Assembly: GCA_965205485.1 (NCBI GenBank)
Contig: OZ242180.1
Span: forward strand, 1,952,001-2,016,000
DNA length: 64,000 nucleotides
Source of the DNA: Candidatus Latescibacterota bacterium
GTDB lineage: Bacteria > Latescibacterota > UBA2968 > GCA-2709665
Direction of reading: 5' to 3'
Made by a program: the position numbers and the translations under genes. Below the pieces are notes generated by a model that was not told the origin of the DNA, searched no databases, and saw only the letters and a program-made list of their open reading frames with translations. Shown here piece by piece: positions 62,048 through 64,000 of this stretch (positions within the stretch are counted from its first letter, which is position 1; each line of letters opens with the position of its first letter).

Positions 62048-63085
62048 ATGCCGGAAGTCACCCTCGAAGAAGCGCAGGCGGTCCACGATCGCTGCCTGAT
62101 CGTCGACGGCCACAACGACACGCCCGTGGAGCACGTACACCGGGGCGATCGTCCGATGGACCTGAAAAAGCGGGACCTCGCGTATCATATGGACATTCCT
62201 CGGATGCGTGAAGGCGGGTTCGACGCCGGCTTTTTCGTCGTCGGCAACGGTCCCACCGCAAACGTCCGTGTCACCCTCGAACAGACCCTGGCGTCGGTGG
62301 CGCTTTATCCCGACGACCTGATGCTGGTGTTCTCGTCCCGGGATGTTGAACGGGCGAAAGATTCCGGCAAGATCGGCATCCTGCTCACAATCGAAGGCGC
62401 CGGACGCTGGCTGGAAGGCGAAATGGATACATTGCGTCTCTACTACCGCCTGGGCGTTCGCTGCATCGGCATCACCCACGGCGAAGGCGGCGACGACCCC
62501 TCCCTGCTGCAGGGCAGCAGGAGTCCTTTCGGGCCGTGCACGCCTGAAGACCGCGAACGGGAACGCAGGAGCGCCAGCGGGCTGACGGACTTCGGAAAAG
62601 CCGTGCTGGAGGAGAGCAACCGGCTGGGCATCATCACGGACCTGGCCCATATCAACGACAAAGCGTTCTACCAGGTGCTGGAACAATCTTCGCTCCCGGT
62701 AACGATGACCCACACCGCGGCCTTTTCCGTCTGCAACCACTGGCGCTGCCTGACCGACGATCAGCTCAGGGCGCTGGCCGGGGCCGGCGGGGTGATGGGT
62801 ATCGCGTTTCTACCGGGATTTATCGATCCCGAAAACCCTTCCACGGACCGGATGGTCGACCATATCTGTCACGTGGCGGACCTGGTCGGCATCGACCACG
62901 TCGGCGTCGGCTCCGATTACGACGGCATGGGTTCGCAGAAGCCTGTTTTCGGAGACGTCTCGAAGCTTGTGCGCCTCACCCGCGCCATGCTCGCTCGCGG
63001 CCTCTCGGAAGACGAAATCCGGAAAGTCTGGGGAGGAAACTTCCTTCGACTCTTCCGTCATACCCTGGACCGAGGGCAGGCGTAG
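62048..63085 (+). CDS. Membrane dipeptidase family (M19) amidohydrolase
   Basis: DGHND, TIEG, DLAH, THT, GSDYDG, GGNFLR. Confidence 0.92.
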   Translation: MPEVTLEEAQAVHDRCLIVDGHNDTPVEHVHRGDRPMDLKKRDLAYHMDIPRMREGGFDAGFFVVGNGPTANVRVTLEQTLASVALYPDDLMLVFSSRDVERAKDSGKIGILLTIEGAGRWLEGEMDTLRLYYRLGVRCIGITHGEGGDDPSLLQGSRSPFGPCTPEDRERERRSASGLTDFGKAVLEESNRLGIITDLAHINDKAFYQVLEQSSLPVTMTHTAAFSVCNHWRCLTDDQLRALAGAGGVMGIAFLPGFIDPENPSTDRMVDHICHVADLVGIDHVGVGSDYDGMGSQKPVFGDVSKLVRLTRAMLARGLSEDEIRKVWGGNFLRLFRHTLDRGQA

Positions 63086-63172
63086 ACAACGCGCCCGACT
63101 CCCGGCGGGTTTCCGTGTCCGTCTCACTGCCACGCACGGATCCGCAGTCGGACAATTCGAAAGGGCTCGCAG

Positions 63173-64000
63173 ATGAAAGCCAGACGTCTCCAGATTCCCG
63201 GTATTCGCCGGATGGAAGTCGCGTCCTTCGAAACGGGTCCGGTACCGGATGACGGGATCCTTCTCGAAAACGAGTACACCGCCGTCAGCGTGGGTACCGA
63301 GATCCACGGATGGACCCACGGCGGAGAGCCCGGAAACCCGGTACGGTTTCCCCGCGCCACCGGCTATTGCAACGTCGGCACCGTGCTGGAAGTCGGTAGA
63401 GACGTTGAAGGCATCCGGCCGGGCGACCGCGTCGCCGGCCAGGGTAACCACGCCAGCCACAGCATTCTCTACGGCGTGAGGGCCTTCTATGTGAAGGTCC
63501 CGGATACCGTGACGTCCAGGGCCGCCGCCTTTATGGTCATGGGGGCGATCGCCATCCACGGGATTCGCGTGGCGCGCATCGAATTGGGCGAGGTTGTCGT
63601 CGTCATCGGCATGGGGATCGTCGGCCAGTTGGCGGCGACCTTGGCACAGCTCTCCGGCGCCCTCCCGGTGATCGCCATCGACCTGGACGGCTTTCGCCTG
63701 GAAATGGCCCGCAGCCGCGGCACGGAAATCTGTATCAATCCCGGGGAGGTGGACGACGTCGGGGAGGCAGTCGGACAATACTGCGTCGAAGACGGCGCCA
63801 ACGTCGTCATCGAAGCGACAGGCAAGCCCGCCGTGTATCCCACCGCCGTCCGGATCGCGTGTACCGCGGGCCGTGTGGTCGCGTTGGGTTCGCCGCGCGG
63901 CACCGTGGACATGGATTTCCTGGCCGACGTGCATCTGCGGGAAGTCAGCATCCTGGGCGCCCATCAGCCCAAGACGCCGGAGGCCGACCACATCTACTAC
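63173..64000 (+). CDS. MDR/zinc-binding-type alcohol dehydrogenase family protein, truncated by the window edge
   Basis: Open frame from ATG 63173: VSVGTE, GY..VGTVLEVG, GDRV, GMGIVG, VVIEATG. Confidence 0.85.
   Translation, partial: MKARRLQIPGIRRMEVASFETGPVPDDGILLENEYTAVSVGTEIHGWTHGGEPGNPVRFPRATGYCNVGTVLEVGRDVEGIRPGDRVAGQGNHASHSILYGVRAFYVKVPDTVTSRAAAFMVMGAIAIHGIRVARIELGEVVVVIGMGIVGQLAATLAQLSGALPVIAIDLDGFRLEMARSRGTEICINPGEVDDVGEAVGQYCVEDGANVVIEATGKPAVYPTAVRIACTAGRVVALGSPRGTVDMDFLADVHLREVSILGAHQPKTPEADHIYY

Overview
GC-rich bacterial chromosomal window with about 46 protein genes. No rRNA, tRNA, CRISPR array or transposase was recognisable. It holds a secreted MsrAB, a beta-oxidation operon (3-hydroxyacyl-CoA dehydrogenase/hydratase, thiolase, FadE, acyl-CoA ligase), UPF0182, several catabolic enzymes and transporters, pyrE, pepA, epmA, modBC, a YtrA/GntR-ABC operon with a perfect palindromic operator, three tandem beta-barrel paralogues, smc, and a catabolic operon at the right end. 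The main finding is an AbgB-like M20D amidohydrolase (60661-61983) with an in-frame TGA exactly at the conserved metal-ligand Cys (GHG-TGA-GHNLLG), followed by a SECIS-like hairpin. This makes it a candidate selenoprotein hydrolase. Intergenic DNA is a mosaic of dispersed modular repeats, including a structured element with an 81-82 nt core and covarying hairpins, and a MITE-like element seen with and without a nested REP doublet. Three genes (MBL hydrolase, epmA, modC) have apparent +1 frameshifts that may be assembly errors, which is a caveat for single-base claims. Family calls come from motifs recognised by eye; no database search was run.
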